NCBI RefSeq assembly: GCF_009914755.1
Contig: NC_060935.1
DNA from: the human T2T-CHM13v2.0 reference genome, Homo sapiens
Length of the DNA: 64,000 bases
Reading direction: 5' to 3' (one strand)
Below the pieces are notes generated by a model. It searched no databases and was not told the origin of the DNA. It saw only the letters and a list, made by a program, of their open reading frames with translations. Positions within the stretch are counted from its first letter, which is position 1, and every line of letters begins with the position of its first letter. Shown here one piece after another: positions 37,401 to 49,080 of this stretch. A program made the translations under genes and the position numbers.

Positions 37401-38256
37401 TGGAATTTAAAATTTTGACAGATATTGCCAAGCTGTCATCCAAAGAGGTTGTACTGTTTAGAACTCCTAAGAGCAGTGCATTAGAGTGCCTGTTTCCCTA
37501 GTATATTATCAAATGTATTGTTCTATGCCAATTTAGTAGGCAAAAAATGAAATCTCATTGTGATTTTTACTTTGCATTTCCTTTAATGTGAGTGAAATTG
37601 AGCATCCTTTCACATGGTTAAAAGTTGGTTGCATTTTTTTTCCTGTAATAATGTTTTTCATTATTTTTTTCCATTTGGCATTTTCACTTTTTTTCAATTG
37701 ACTTGTTTAGAACTCTACTTTTATGATGAATATTAATCCTTTGTTATATTTTTTCCTTCCTTACTGCTTGCTTATTTTTACTTGGTTTATGGTATTTTTG
37801 TTATGAAGACATTTAACGTTTTATGTTAACAAAGTTTATCCACTTTTTTCATGTGTTCTGGGCTTAGTGTTATGCTTAAAGAAGTCTTTGCTATTAAATT
37901 ATGTTAAAAAATTCTCTTGTGTTTTCTTCTGGTACTCTTATGATTTAGGTTTTTCATTTAAATATTATATCCATCTGAAATTTATTTTGGTATAAATAAA
38001 TGAAGAAGGGATTCCTTTTTTTTTTCTTTAAGATGGCCTAGCTAGTTAGCCCAAACCATATATTGAGTAATTAATCTTTTTCACACTGCATTGAAAAACT
38101 ACCTCTACGTACAGCAAATTCTTATGTATATTTGGGCCTACTTCTAATTTTTTGATTCACTTCCATTCCTTTGGCTATTAATTGTTATGCCAGTGGAAGA
38201 CAATGTTAACTATGACTTTGCAGCATATTTTAATATCTGGTAGGGCTAATACCCCA

Positions 38257-38730
38257 TGTTGTGCTGAACTCCAGTCAACTCCAATGGGGACAGGACCAGA
38301 TTCAAGAGGCCCAAGAAGAGACCCAGAGTCAGCGAGCTAGACATGGGATTTTACTGGGGACATACCTACAGGGGATTGAGTCCAGTAGCAGTGGGGTGGG
38401 CAGGAGAACCGCAATCACTTGCAAAAGTCATGTAGTTTACATTAAAAGTCTTCATAACAAAAATACCATAAACCAAGTTTTCACTCAGTGCCCTCCCCCT
38501 AACAACCTCCACCTGTCAACCTTCACTCAAAGCCCAAAACAAATGGACTCATTTCCACAGGAGCGTGCTGGAGCTCAGATGTTCCTCATAGATAGGAAAT
38601 GCATCTGGGGATTGGCCACTGCCTGATTCCTTAGCTGGGAACTGTGAACTGTATTCAGGTGTGTCTGCCTTACAGGGTCGTTCTCAGAGTATGCTTAAGT
38701 TATTGCTATCAGGTGCGTTTACCGTATACC
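38257..38730 (-). mobile_element. LTR47-family solo LTR
   Basis: Minus strand begins GTATACGGTAAACGCACCTGATAGCAATAACTTAAGCATAC..GAGAACGACCCTGT, as in LTR47. Confidence 0.75.
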
Positions 38731-38820
38731 ACCCCTCCCCTCCACTCTACCAGGCTGCTACTCTACCAGGAATATTGTGGCCCTTCTTGCATTTTATTTT
38801 TTTATTTGAAATTCACAGTC

Positions 38821-39208
38821 TGATATGGTTTGGCTGTGTCCCCACCCACAATCTTATCTTGAATTATAATCCCTATAATCCCCATAGTCCCTATGGGTCT
38901 AAGGAGAGACCAGGTGGAGGTAATTGAATCATGGGGGCAGGTTCCCTCTTTCTGTTCTCATGATAGTCAGTGAGTTCTCACGAGATCTGATGGTTTTGTA
39001 AGTGTGTGGTAGTTCCTCCTTTGTTCCTTTTCCTTCCTGCCACCTTGAGAAGAAGGTGCTTTTCTTCCCTTTCACCTTCGGCCATTATTGTAAGTTTCCC
39101 GAGGCCTCCCCAGCCATGCTGAGTGGTGAGTCAATTAAACCTCTTTCCTTTATAAATTACTCAGTCTTGGGTAGTATCTTTATAGCAGTATGAAAACTGA
39201 CTAATACG
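38821..39208 (+). mobile_element. THE1D-like solo LTR
   Basis: TGATATGGTTTGGCTGTGTCCCCACCC...GAAAACTGACTAATACG; perfect TSD CAGTC (38816-38820, 39209-39213). Confidence 0.93.
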
Positions 39209-39799
39209 CAGTCCACCTGAGGACTCTACCCTCCCTTTTACTCCTTCCCCTGTTGTTTTGGTATTGACCATGTTGAGTTTATAGATTAATGCAGGAAATG
39301 AACATTTTTGTAAGGAGTCTTTCTCTCCAAGAAGAGGGACTGTATTTATGTTTATTTAAACCTTTTCTTTTCCTTTACATGGTTAAAGTTCACTTCATAT
39401 AGAGCTTACATATTGCTTGTTAAGTTTTTTTTGAAATATATTTTCTTTGGATTATAATTCTAAATGGGATCTTTTCTTCCATTATATTTTCTGATTGGTA
39501 TTTATTTCTGGAAAAGCTATTGAATTTTGTATATTAATTTTGTAAGCAGTTATCACAGTCTTATTGTTTGGGTACTCTTTAAGTTGATTCTCTTTGGTTT
39601 TCTAAATAAACAATTATAATATTGGAAAGTAACAATAATTTCTCTCCTATCCAATTTTAATCTTTGGTTTCTTGTGGTTTCAAAAAGGCACTGAAATTAT
39701 GGGGTTTTATTGTAAGATGTTTTTCCAGCCTGACTTGAAGAATGGTCAGGCATCTGTATCAGGAGTCTTGACTGCTGAACCCCTAGTGAGACATGGTAG

Positions 39800-40045
39800 A
39801 AAGATGTTATAAGAAAGGCCTTTGGCTCCGAACTGCTGGGTTCAAATACTAGCTCCACCATTTATGAGCTATGTGATCTTAGGCAAGTTATGTAACCTTT
39901 CTGTGGCTCAGTTTGTTAATTTATAAAATAATAGGATCTATCTCACAGGATGTTAGGAGGATTAAACAAGTCAATATACATAAAAGTACTTAGTAATGTC
40001 ATTAGCATATGGAAAGCTGCAAAGCATTCAAGTGTTGGTTAATAT
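39800..40045 (+). mobile_element. MIR
   Basis: GGGTTCAAATACTAGCTCCACCATTTA..GGCAAGTTATGTAACCTTTCTGTGGCTCAGTTT. Confidence 0.85.
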
Positions 40046-40669
40046 TGTCAATAGAACCAATAGTCATAGATACTCTGGCAAAGCTTAACTCTACAAAAAT
40101 ATATAAAATATTTACTAGATCCTTAAACCATAAAGAATCCCCAAACTCTTCAGCATTTTTCCATAATTAAAACTGGTTCTCTATAAAGAATCTGATAAGT
40201 CTGATAAACTTATTTACATTAAGGCATATATGACCTCTAGATATTAAAATAGTGTCCTCCTTTTCATGGGGACTTGTCTTGGACTGGAGGCAAAGCCTGA
40301 AGAAACAAGGCATTCCAGAGGGACCAGCTCCCCCTGAGAAGCCAGTTGACATCAGAGATTTGGTGATCATTCTGTAATTCAACAGCTGTTAATGACCGGG
40401 TGCACCAAATGACACAAAGATAGTAAGACTGTTTCCTCCACTGAGGAAAACACAGTCCAATACCTGAGATAGATGCTCATACAGCTAACATTTGCTTTGC
40501 AGGTGTCTCAGTTTGTTTTAGACACTTTGGGAGGACCAGCTCAACAAACCATTAGGGATCTCTTGTATGAGGCAACAAACTGTCTGAGGGTTTCACCCTA
40601 TGGCAAGAGTTTGAGGTATGAGAACATGATCCCAGGGAAGAGGTGAGGAATAATTTCAGTGTCTACCGC

Positions 40670-40900
40670 TCAACAATCACAGATACCATTTATTGAGCTC
40701 TTGTTATGGACTAGATCCTTTAGATATGTGGTTATTACCTCCTTTAATCCTCTCTATACCCCCCAGAAGAATGCATTAGGGGCTTCAGTTAGCAGTTAAG
40801 AAAACAAAGGTCCAATGGGCTGAAATCCTTGCCAAGGCTAACCGAGTGGTAAATGGCAGAACTGGGATTTGAACTGGTGACTGTCTATCATGTCACCATG
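40670..40900 (-). mobile_element. MIR
   Basis: CCATTTATTGAGC..TTTAATCCTC..GTAAATGGCAGAACTGGGATTTGAAC. Confidence 0.7.
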
Positions 40901-42194
40901 CTTCATTCTGATTGTCTTCTAACTTAGTTCACATGGGCTTATGTCAGATTTCTAAGTGAGGGGGCTGGCTGTACTAGTGGGGGAGTAAGAACTGGAAATG
41001 GTCGTTGGCTCAAATCTCTGAGACATCAGTGCTTAACTCTACTTTGTAGCTCATGTTGAGTTAGCCTAGTAAGGTTATGTAGGTTGTTCACTGCATAAGG
41101 GCACCTAGCTGAAGGGGCTGAAATCCAGCCTGAGCTGCACTCGACAAGGGCAATTTGGTGGGAGCTGCATGCATTAGAAGGGGCAAACCTCTTTCCAGTT
41201 CATACCATGGCAATGTCTGGAATAACTGCAGCCCTGACTCAGAACGCAGCACACATGGGGGTTATTACTACTTTCCTCACTTGGGGTGGCCACTGGAGCA
41301 CATAAATAACACATTGCCGTGGGCAGTGGACCAAATAGCTTTCAGGTATGTCTAGGGATGACTGTTCTGCCCCAGGCTCTGTAAATGAATTCGTTGGTTC
41401 ATGATGCCCTGCTTCTGGCATTCTCACTCAAACTCCCCCCTCTCCCCTCCCCGCAACAGGTTGGGAGTAAATTCAAGGCTCTGATCTTACCCAGGAGACA
41501 GGGGAAATAAACCAGAGAAAGCTGCTGAGTGATTTTGTTGGGTGGTTGTGGGGGACACGCAGGTTATATACCCATCCTTAGAATAAACCCAAAGATGTGG
41601 GAGTGCAGAGGAGGGGAGCTTGCCCAGAGGAGGTGACAGGAGAGCTTGGCCTTGAAGGGTAGGGAGGTGTCTCCTAGGCAGAAAAGGAGTGGCTGGCATG
41701 GGCACCTTCAGCGGCAGGAGGGGAGGTGGTGAAATGGACCAGCAAACCACCTTATTTTTTCAGAGAAAGTCCAGTGGTAGGTAGCCTGGCCTCAAACAAA
41801 TGTCTTGCTTCCACCCGCCCTGGGGCAGAGGCTGGGAGATGTGGGAGAGCAGCCCACTTGGCTCAGAGGGCAGCCTGCCCTGCAGACAGAGCCCTGGTGA
41901 CTGGCTTTCAAGCCCAGCGTGGGAAGGCCCCAAGGAAGCACACGAGGAAGTGGGTACATCAGCATGAGAGCAGGAAACGTTTTCATTCACAGACGCTGTG
42001 GATAAATCCCAAAGAGAGAGCTAGCAAAAGAGGGAGCTTTTTTAAGTTTAAAGAAAAAAAAATAATAAAAGGTCCGTAAATCAGAAGGCTCTGACAAGCT
42101 ACCCAGGAAATACGCAATTACAGAGCAATCAGCCAGTGCAGGGATCTCAACATAGCCATTGTGTGTGCCTCTGCTGTTCCAGAGGACAAAAGGA

Positions 42195-42555
42195 GCCAGC
42201 ACGGCTGGGGATCAAGGCGAGGCGGGCGCGCCCACACCTTGTGGGAAGCGGAGGCGGCCACCGCGTGCAGGAAGGGTCTCCCAGGTGGCCGGAGAACCCA
42301 CAGGCGTGTACGGACAAGGTGCCCTGGGTGCCCTGGCTGACCCCTGGTCAGCCCGGCCAGGGGTAGAGACCTTCCCGGAAGGCGAAGATCGCATAGGTAA
42401 CTGGGAAAGTGTGTTTTTTGAGGTGGGGGAACCCCATGCAGCCAGGTCAGGGCTGCAGGGTAGGCCGCCTGCCCCACAATCAGAGCACTGCCTCGTTACC
42501 CGCTCAGGGTTGGGATTTTTCGGTGTGACTTTGAAAGCCCAGTGCACCGGCTTTT
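42195..42555. promoter_or_regulatory. Small CpG-rich, GC-rich non-repeat element (candidate promoter/enhancer)
   Basis: About 21 CpGs in 360 bp by eye, in an otherwise CpG-poor window; includes GGGCGCGCCC and TTCCCGGAA. Confidence 0.55.
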
Positions 42556-43622
42556 AATGTGACCTGCAACTTTACTGTTCCCCTCTGTTTGAATCCTGAT
42601 CCCCACTTACGGTTACATAAGAAAACTAAACTCATGGTACCCCAAGGAAAAAGAAAACCATGGAAGCTAGAGTCCAACAGATGTGGCTTATATTAGATTT
42701 AGATACACAGAAAAGTTGCTGAGATAGCAGAGTTCCCATATAGCCCACACCATTTATATTAATATCTTTATACGGTACATTTGTCACAATTAATGAACGA
42801 ATACTAATATGTTATTTTTAACCAAAACCCATACTTGAGATTTTTTTTAAAGTTTTAACCTAAAGTCCTTTTTCTGTTCCCATATTTCTGATCACATATT
42901 TCATTTAGTCATCACGTCTCCTTAGGTTCTTCTTGACTGTGCCAGTTTCTCAGACTTTCCTTGTTTTCAATGACCTTGACAGTTTTGAGGAGTAAGGGCC
43001 AGGTATTTTGTAGGTTGTCCCCCAACTGGGGTTTGTCTGTTTGTCTTGTGATTAGATTGGGGATATGGGTCTTTAGGAGGAAGACCTCAGAGGTAAAGCA
43101 CCATTTTCATCACATCATACCAAGGGTGCATACTGCCAACATGACTTATCACTGTTGACGTTGATCTCGATTGCCTGTGTGAGATAATGTTTGTTAGGTT
43201 TCTTTTATAGAAAGAGTTACTTCAAGCCCTCCTCCTCTTTCTAAACTACTCTTTGAAAGGAAGTCGCTGTGTGGAGCCCACACTTAAGGATGAAGGAGTT
43301 ATGTTCTGCTTTCTTGAGTGTGGAGTATCTACATAAACTATTTGGAATTCTTCTTATCCTCCATTTATTTATATCACCATGGACTTGTGGATATTTATTT
43401 TATGCGCTAGGTTATAATTCAATACTACCTTATTTTCTTGCTCAAATTGTTCCAGCTTTGGTCATTGGGTTTTACTTTATTTTTAATTGGTAGTTTGTTT
43501 TCTTACTGAGTTTGAAGAGTTCTTTGTATATTTTGAATACAAATAATTTATCAGATATGTTTTACAAATATTTTCTCCAAATCTGTCATTTGTTTTCTTT
43601 CTCTTGACAGTGTCTTTCATAA

Positions 43623-44008
<386 letters not shown>

Positions 44009-44382
44009 CTAAAAACTCATAATTAAACCCAATGTTACATAAATTTTCTCCTTTGTTTTATTCTAGAAGTTTTAGTTTTGTATTTGCATTTTATATTTAG
44101 ACCAGTGAGTTAATTTTTGAGTAAGACATAAAATGTCTGTGTTCATATTTTGCATATGTTGAAAAGACTATCCCTTTTCCATTGAAAATCAGTTGACTAT
44201 ATTTGTGTGAGTCATTCCCTGCACTCTCTTCCATTCCATTGATCTTGTGTCTGTTCTTTCACTATGTGCTGTGTTGATTATTATAGCTTTACATTAAGTT
44301 TTAAAATCAGGGAATGTGAATCCTCCACCATTGTTCTTCATCAGGATTGTATTAGTTATTCTAGTTTTTTTGCCTTTTACCA

Positions 44383-44755
44383 TGTATTAGCCTGCTCAGG
44401 CTGCTGTAATAAAATAGCATAGACTGGGCGGTTTAAACAACAAAAATTTATTTTCTCACAGTTCTGGAGGCTGGGAGTCGGAGATCAGGGTAGTAGCATA
44501 GTCGGCTTCTGGTGAGGACTTGCTTTCTGGCTTGCAGCTGGTCTCTACCTTGTTGTGTCCTCACATGGCAGGGAGAGCAAAGTCTTTGGTGTCTCTTTTT
44601 ATAAGTACATGAATCCTATCAGATTAGAACCTTAACTTTATCACCTCCTTTAACCTTATTAATTCCATAAAGGACCTGTCTGCAAATAGTTACAATGGAG
44701 GTTAGGACTTCAACATATAAATTTGGGGGCAAGGAACACAATTCAGTTCATAGCA
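44383..44755 (-). mobile_element. MLT1A0-like LTR
   Basis: TGTATTAG..GGCTGCTGTAATAAAATA..CACAGTTCTGGAGGCTGGGAG...ACACAATTCAGTTCATAGCA. Confidence 0.87.
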
Positions 44756-47109
44756 CCATATATACTTTATAATTGACAAGTTTGTTGATATCTACAAAAT
44801 AGCTTGCTGGGATTTTGGTTGGAATTGCATTGAATCTATAGATCAAATTGGGAAGAACTGAAATCTTAACAATATTGAGCCTTCCAATCTATGAACATGG
44901 ACTATCTCACCATTTATTTAGATATTCTTTAACATCTTTCATCAGTACTATTTTTAATATTTCTTGCAGGATAGGCCTATTGGCAACAAATTCTCTCATA
45001 TTTTTTGTCTGAGAAAGTTTTTATTTCTCCTTTGCTTTTGGAGGATAATTTCATTGGATATAGAATTCTAGGTTGGTGGCTTTCTTCTTTGAACACTTTA
45101 AATATTTCACTTAATTGTCTTGTTTTTGCATGGTTTCTGATGAGAAGCTCATTGTAATCTTTGTTCTTTTATAGGTAAGGCATGTTTTTCTTCCTTTGGC
45201 TTCTTTTAGGTTTTATCTTTGTCTTTGGTTTTCTGCAATTTGAATATCATAATACCTAGGGCTTTTCATCTGTTTGTCATATCTGATGGTGACTTTGTTC
45301 CTTTATGCTGAGTTTTTTCTTGCCTTTTGGCATGGCCTGTAATTTTTTGTTGAAAGATAGCCATGATGTATTGGATAATAGGAACTGAGGTAAATAAGTC
45401 TTTAGAGTAAAGATTTATGTTAATCTGACTAGAAGTTGGACTATATTTAATGTTTGCTATAGCTAAGATACCAGAGGCTTCTGATTTCTCTGTTGTCCTT
45501 GTTTTTTTCTCCTATTGTCTTTAGGCTTTCCTAACTGTTCCTCCTCAGAGTGAGTTTGTGTCTTGCAGTGATTTCAGCTGTAATCCACCATTATTATACT
45601 GAAGTCCTGTTGGTGTGGTGGTAAGGTGCAAAGGAAGGGGACCATTCTATAATCCTATGATTAAGTCTCAGTCTTTTACTATGCTTGTATCTCAGGGCTG
45701 TGATCTTTGCAAGTGTTTCTCTGGTGCTATAGCTTTTTTTTTTTTTTTTTTTGTCTCCTTCTAGCTCCTTACTCTCTACTCTGGCTCCAACATTCCCAGT
45801 CTATTTTCTTGAAGCCCTGACCACTGTTGACTGTATGCTTTCCCCCTTAGGTGGGACAGAAATATTGAAGTGGGGTAAAGTTGGGGGAGTTTCTTCCCTT
45901 CAGCTGGAATATGGCTTAGGTAACGTCTTTTCCCTTTGAGAGCAGGTCCTTGTTGTGGAGAAGGCTCTGGTTTTATTTCACGATAATTAATCTTCCTCTC
46001 CTCCTGCCAGAGTCATCGGAGGGTTCCTGGAGGTAGGGTGGGGGCTCCCCTATGACTGTGGCCCCAGGAATTTCTCATTCTTAAGCTACTTGATGCTCAG
46101 CTTCCAGCAATTTGTCAAACTTTCGATTTAATCATTCCTACCAGATTATAGCTTCAATCACTTCCATTGCATGTAAGCAGATCACGTCTCACTGGTTACA
46201 TCTGTCTCTCCAGATTTGGAAATTGTAGTTTTCCCTGTGGCCTCAGTTATCTGATGGGTCCAAGAAGTCACTGATTTTTTTAAAAATTTATCCAGCCTGT
46301 TCTTGGTGTAAAGGTGGGAGTGATGATTTTCAGGCCTTTTATATGCCAGAGTAGAAATCAGAAGTCCCCAACACAGTTTTTATGAGAATTCATACATATA
46401 GAAAGTCACTTAAAACCATACCCTATTTTAGGGGTCTTGGCTGAATTAATAAGTGGGGTTAGCTTCAGGACAGGTGGGAGAAAGAAAAGTTTTCTGTGGA
46501 TGCCTGGTCATCACTGGCTTCAATAACATAATATCCTTTAAGTGGGAGATGACAAAACTGACATAAAGAAAGAGAAAAAAGAGAAAACTGAGATAAAGAG
46601 AGATGTTTCCCTTGTTTACCACCTTGTCCTGCTTTCTCATGCCATTGCTATTCTATTAGTTAATTCCCTGGCTTCCAGAAACTCAATCCTTTGGTATTTG
46701 CTGTGTAACCAGCCCTGGGGTCCATTAGGCTGTCCACTGGTAAACGCTTGATGCCCATAGCTGTTCTGAGTCTATGGGAGGTTGAAAGGGCTACAGAGGG
46801 GCTTCATGGCTGGCTGTGGCCTTGGAGCTCCTTCCATGGGGGATATAATCACAGAGCAAGGGGCTGGACTGAATTGTCATCTCTGGCTGCCTACACACTA
46901 AAGGCATTTACTTCCTTTACTATGGTAGCTTGGGATGAGAAATGGGACCACCTCCAATTATGAAAAATGAAGGTGCCATCAAGATTAAGTAGTTAGGCCA
47001 CATAGAGAACAGATCCCACTGCTCTTCCAGAAAGCTCAGATCTGTTCCCTGCACCCAGAGGGAGGAGTCACAGAGCACTCCCAGGAAGCAGCACCACGCT
47101 GAAGAGGAA

Positions 47110-47465
47110 AGGGTGCTATCCGAGTACGACACAGGCTTAACATGTAGCATCTCTCTTATGAGCTGTGTGGTCTTGTGCAAGCTATGTAATTTCACTGAGT
47201 CTCAATGCTATTCTCCAGTGAAATAGCTAACACTTAAGTAGCACTTTCTATGTGTCAGACATGGTTTTAAGATCTTTACTGTAATTCATTCCATTCCTAT
47301 AACTATCTCATGAGGTATGTTCATATTATCCTTATTTTGCTGTAAAAAAAAAAGGCTCAGTAAGTGGGGGAGGGGCACTTAGGATCACTAGGATTATTAT
47401 TATTTAATATATGTCAAGTGCTTAGCATAGTGCCTAGTACCCTGTAAATATGCAATATATAATCA
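47110..47465. mobile_element. MIR (+) interrupted by an oppositely oriented MIR (about 47222-47363)
   Basis: Sense MIR core, then antisense MIR 3' half, then sense MIR tail (AAGTGCTTAGCATAGTGCCT). Confidence 0.6.
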
Positions 47466-47737
47466 TAGATAAACCATATAAACACTCCACTCATTTGTTT
47501 AAAACCTCTATTTTTTGGTGAAACGTAGCATAGAAAAGTGCACACAACAAAAATATACAGATCAATGATTTATCACAAAGTGAACACCTACAAAATATCA
47601 CCCAAATTTTAAAAATAGGATATGCACAGCACCCTAGAAGTTCCTCTAATCACTACTCTTCTCCCAAAGGTACTAATATCTTGATTTTTATAGAAATTAC
47701 TACTTTCTTGTTTTTTTTTTTTTAGCTGCTGAAGATT

Positions 47738-48556
47738 CTTTTTTTTTTATTATTATTATACTTTAAGTTCTAGGGTACATGTGCACAACGTGCAGGTTTG
47801 TTACATATGTATACATGTGCCATGCTGGTGTGCTGCACCCATTAACTAGTCATTTACATTAGTTATATCTCCTAATGCTATCCCTCCCCCTTCCCCCACC
47901 CCACAACAGGCCCTGGTGTGTGATGTTCCCCTTCCTGTGTCAAAGTGTTTTCATTGTTCAATTCCCCACCTATGAGTGAGAAAATGCAGTGTTTGGTTTT
48001 TTGTCCTTGTGATAGTTTGCTGAGAATGGTGGTTTCCAGCTTCATCCATGTCCCTATAAAAGACATGAACTCATCCTTTTGTATGGCTGCATAGTATTCC
48101 ATGGTGTATATGTGCCACATTTACTTTTTTTTTTTTTCTTTTTGAGATGGAGTCTCGCTCTATCACCCAGGCTGGAGTGCAGTGGCGTGATCTTGGCTCA
48201 GTGCAAGCTCTGCCTCCTGGGTTCATGCCATTCTCCTGCTTTAGCCTCTTGAGTAGCTGGGACTACAGGTGCCTGCCACCACGCCTGGGTAATTTTTTGT
48301 TTTTTTTTTTAGTAGAGAGAGGGTTTCACCATGTTAGCCAGTGTGGGCTCGATCTCCTGACCTTGTGATCTGCCTGCCTCGGCCTCCCAAAGTGCTGGGA
48401 TTACAGGCATGAGCCACCGCGCCTGGCATGTGCCACATTTTCTTAATCCAGTCTATCATTGATGGACATGTGGGTTGGTTCCAAGTCTTTGCTATTGTGA
48501 CTAGTGCCACAATAAACATACATGTGCATGTGTCTTTATAGCAGCATGATTTATAG
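47738..48556 (-). mobile_element. 5'-truncated L1PA (L1PA4/5-like)
   Basis: TTATACTTTAAGTTCTAGGGTACATGTGCACAACGTGCAGG; ORF2 C-terminus [27 protein letters not shown]. Confidence 0.93.
48123..48427 (-). mobile_element. AluY-like, inserted in L1PA
   Basis: GCAAGCTC, TTCATGCCATTCTC, TGTTAGCCAG and CGATCTCCTGACCTTGTGATC diagnostics; TSD ATGTGCCACATTT (48110-48122, 48428-48440). Confidence 0.95.
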
Positions 48557-48624
48557 CTCTTAGTGAGTGAGATTGCTTGCAGACCTTGAGGGAGTCATAA
48601 AATACCTTCCACCTGTGCAATACC

Positions 48625-49080
48625 TGTATCTGTTTCCTGTGGCTGCTGTCACAATATGCCACAAATTGGGTGGCTTAAAACAATGGAAACTTTATCCTTT
48701 CACGTTTTCAGAGCCTAGGAGTCCAGAATCAAGGTGTCAGCAGGCCACACTTCCTCTGAAGACTCCAAAGAAGAATCCTTCTTTGCCTCTTCTGGCTTCT
48801 GCTGGTTGCTTGGCAACCCTTGATATTCCTTGGCTTATAGATGCATCACTCCAATCTCTGTCTCTGTTTTCACATGGCCTTTTCCCTGTGCATGTCTGTG
48901 TCTCTGTGTCTAAATCTTCCTCTTCTCATAAGGATACCAGTCATTGGATTTAGGGTCCTTTCTTATCCAATATGGCCTCAACTTGATTCCATCTTCAAAG
49001 CCCCTATTTCCAAATGGGGTCACATTCACAGGTTCCAACTGGACATGAATTTGATGGGGAACTATTCAACCCTGATGTAA
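48625..49080 (-). mobile_element. MLT1C/MLT1B-like LTR
   Basis: TTTCCTGTGGCTGCTGTCACAA..GGTGGCTTAAAACAA..GCATCACTCCAATCTCTG..CAGTCATTGGATTTAGGG. Confidence 0.87.

Larger units (their letters stand above)
36500..39680 (-). mobile_element. Ancient L1ME-like fragments hosting several younger insertions
   Basis: Collinear antisense L1 ORF2/3' motifs resume across the Alu, L1PB, LTR47 and THE1D insertions. Confidence 0.6.

Noticed and set aside
42118-42557. Several ORFs over 100 aa across the CpG-rich element
   Set aside because: Stop-codon depletion in GC-rich DNA opens many frames on both strands; no homology recognised
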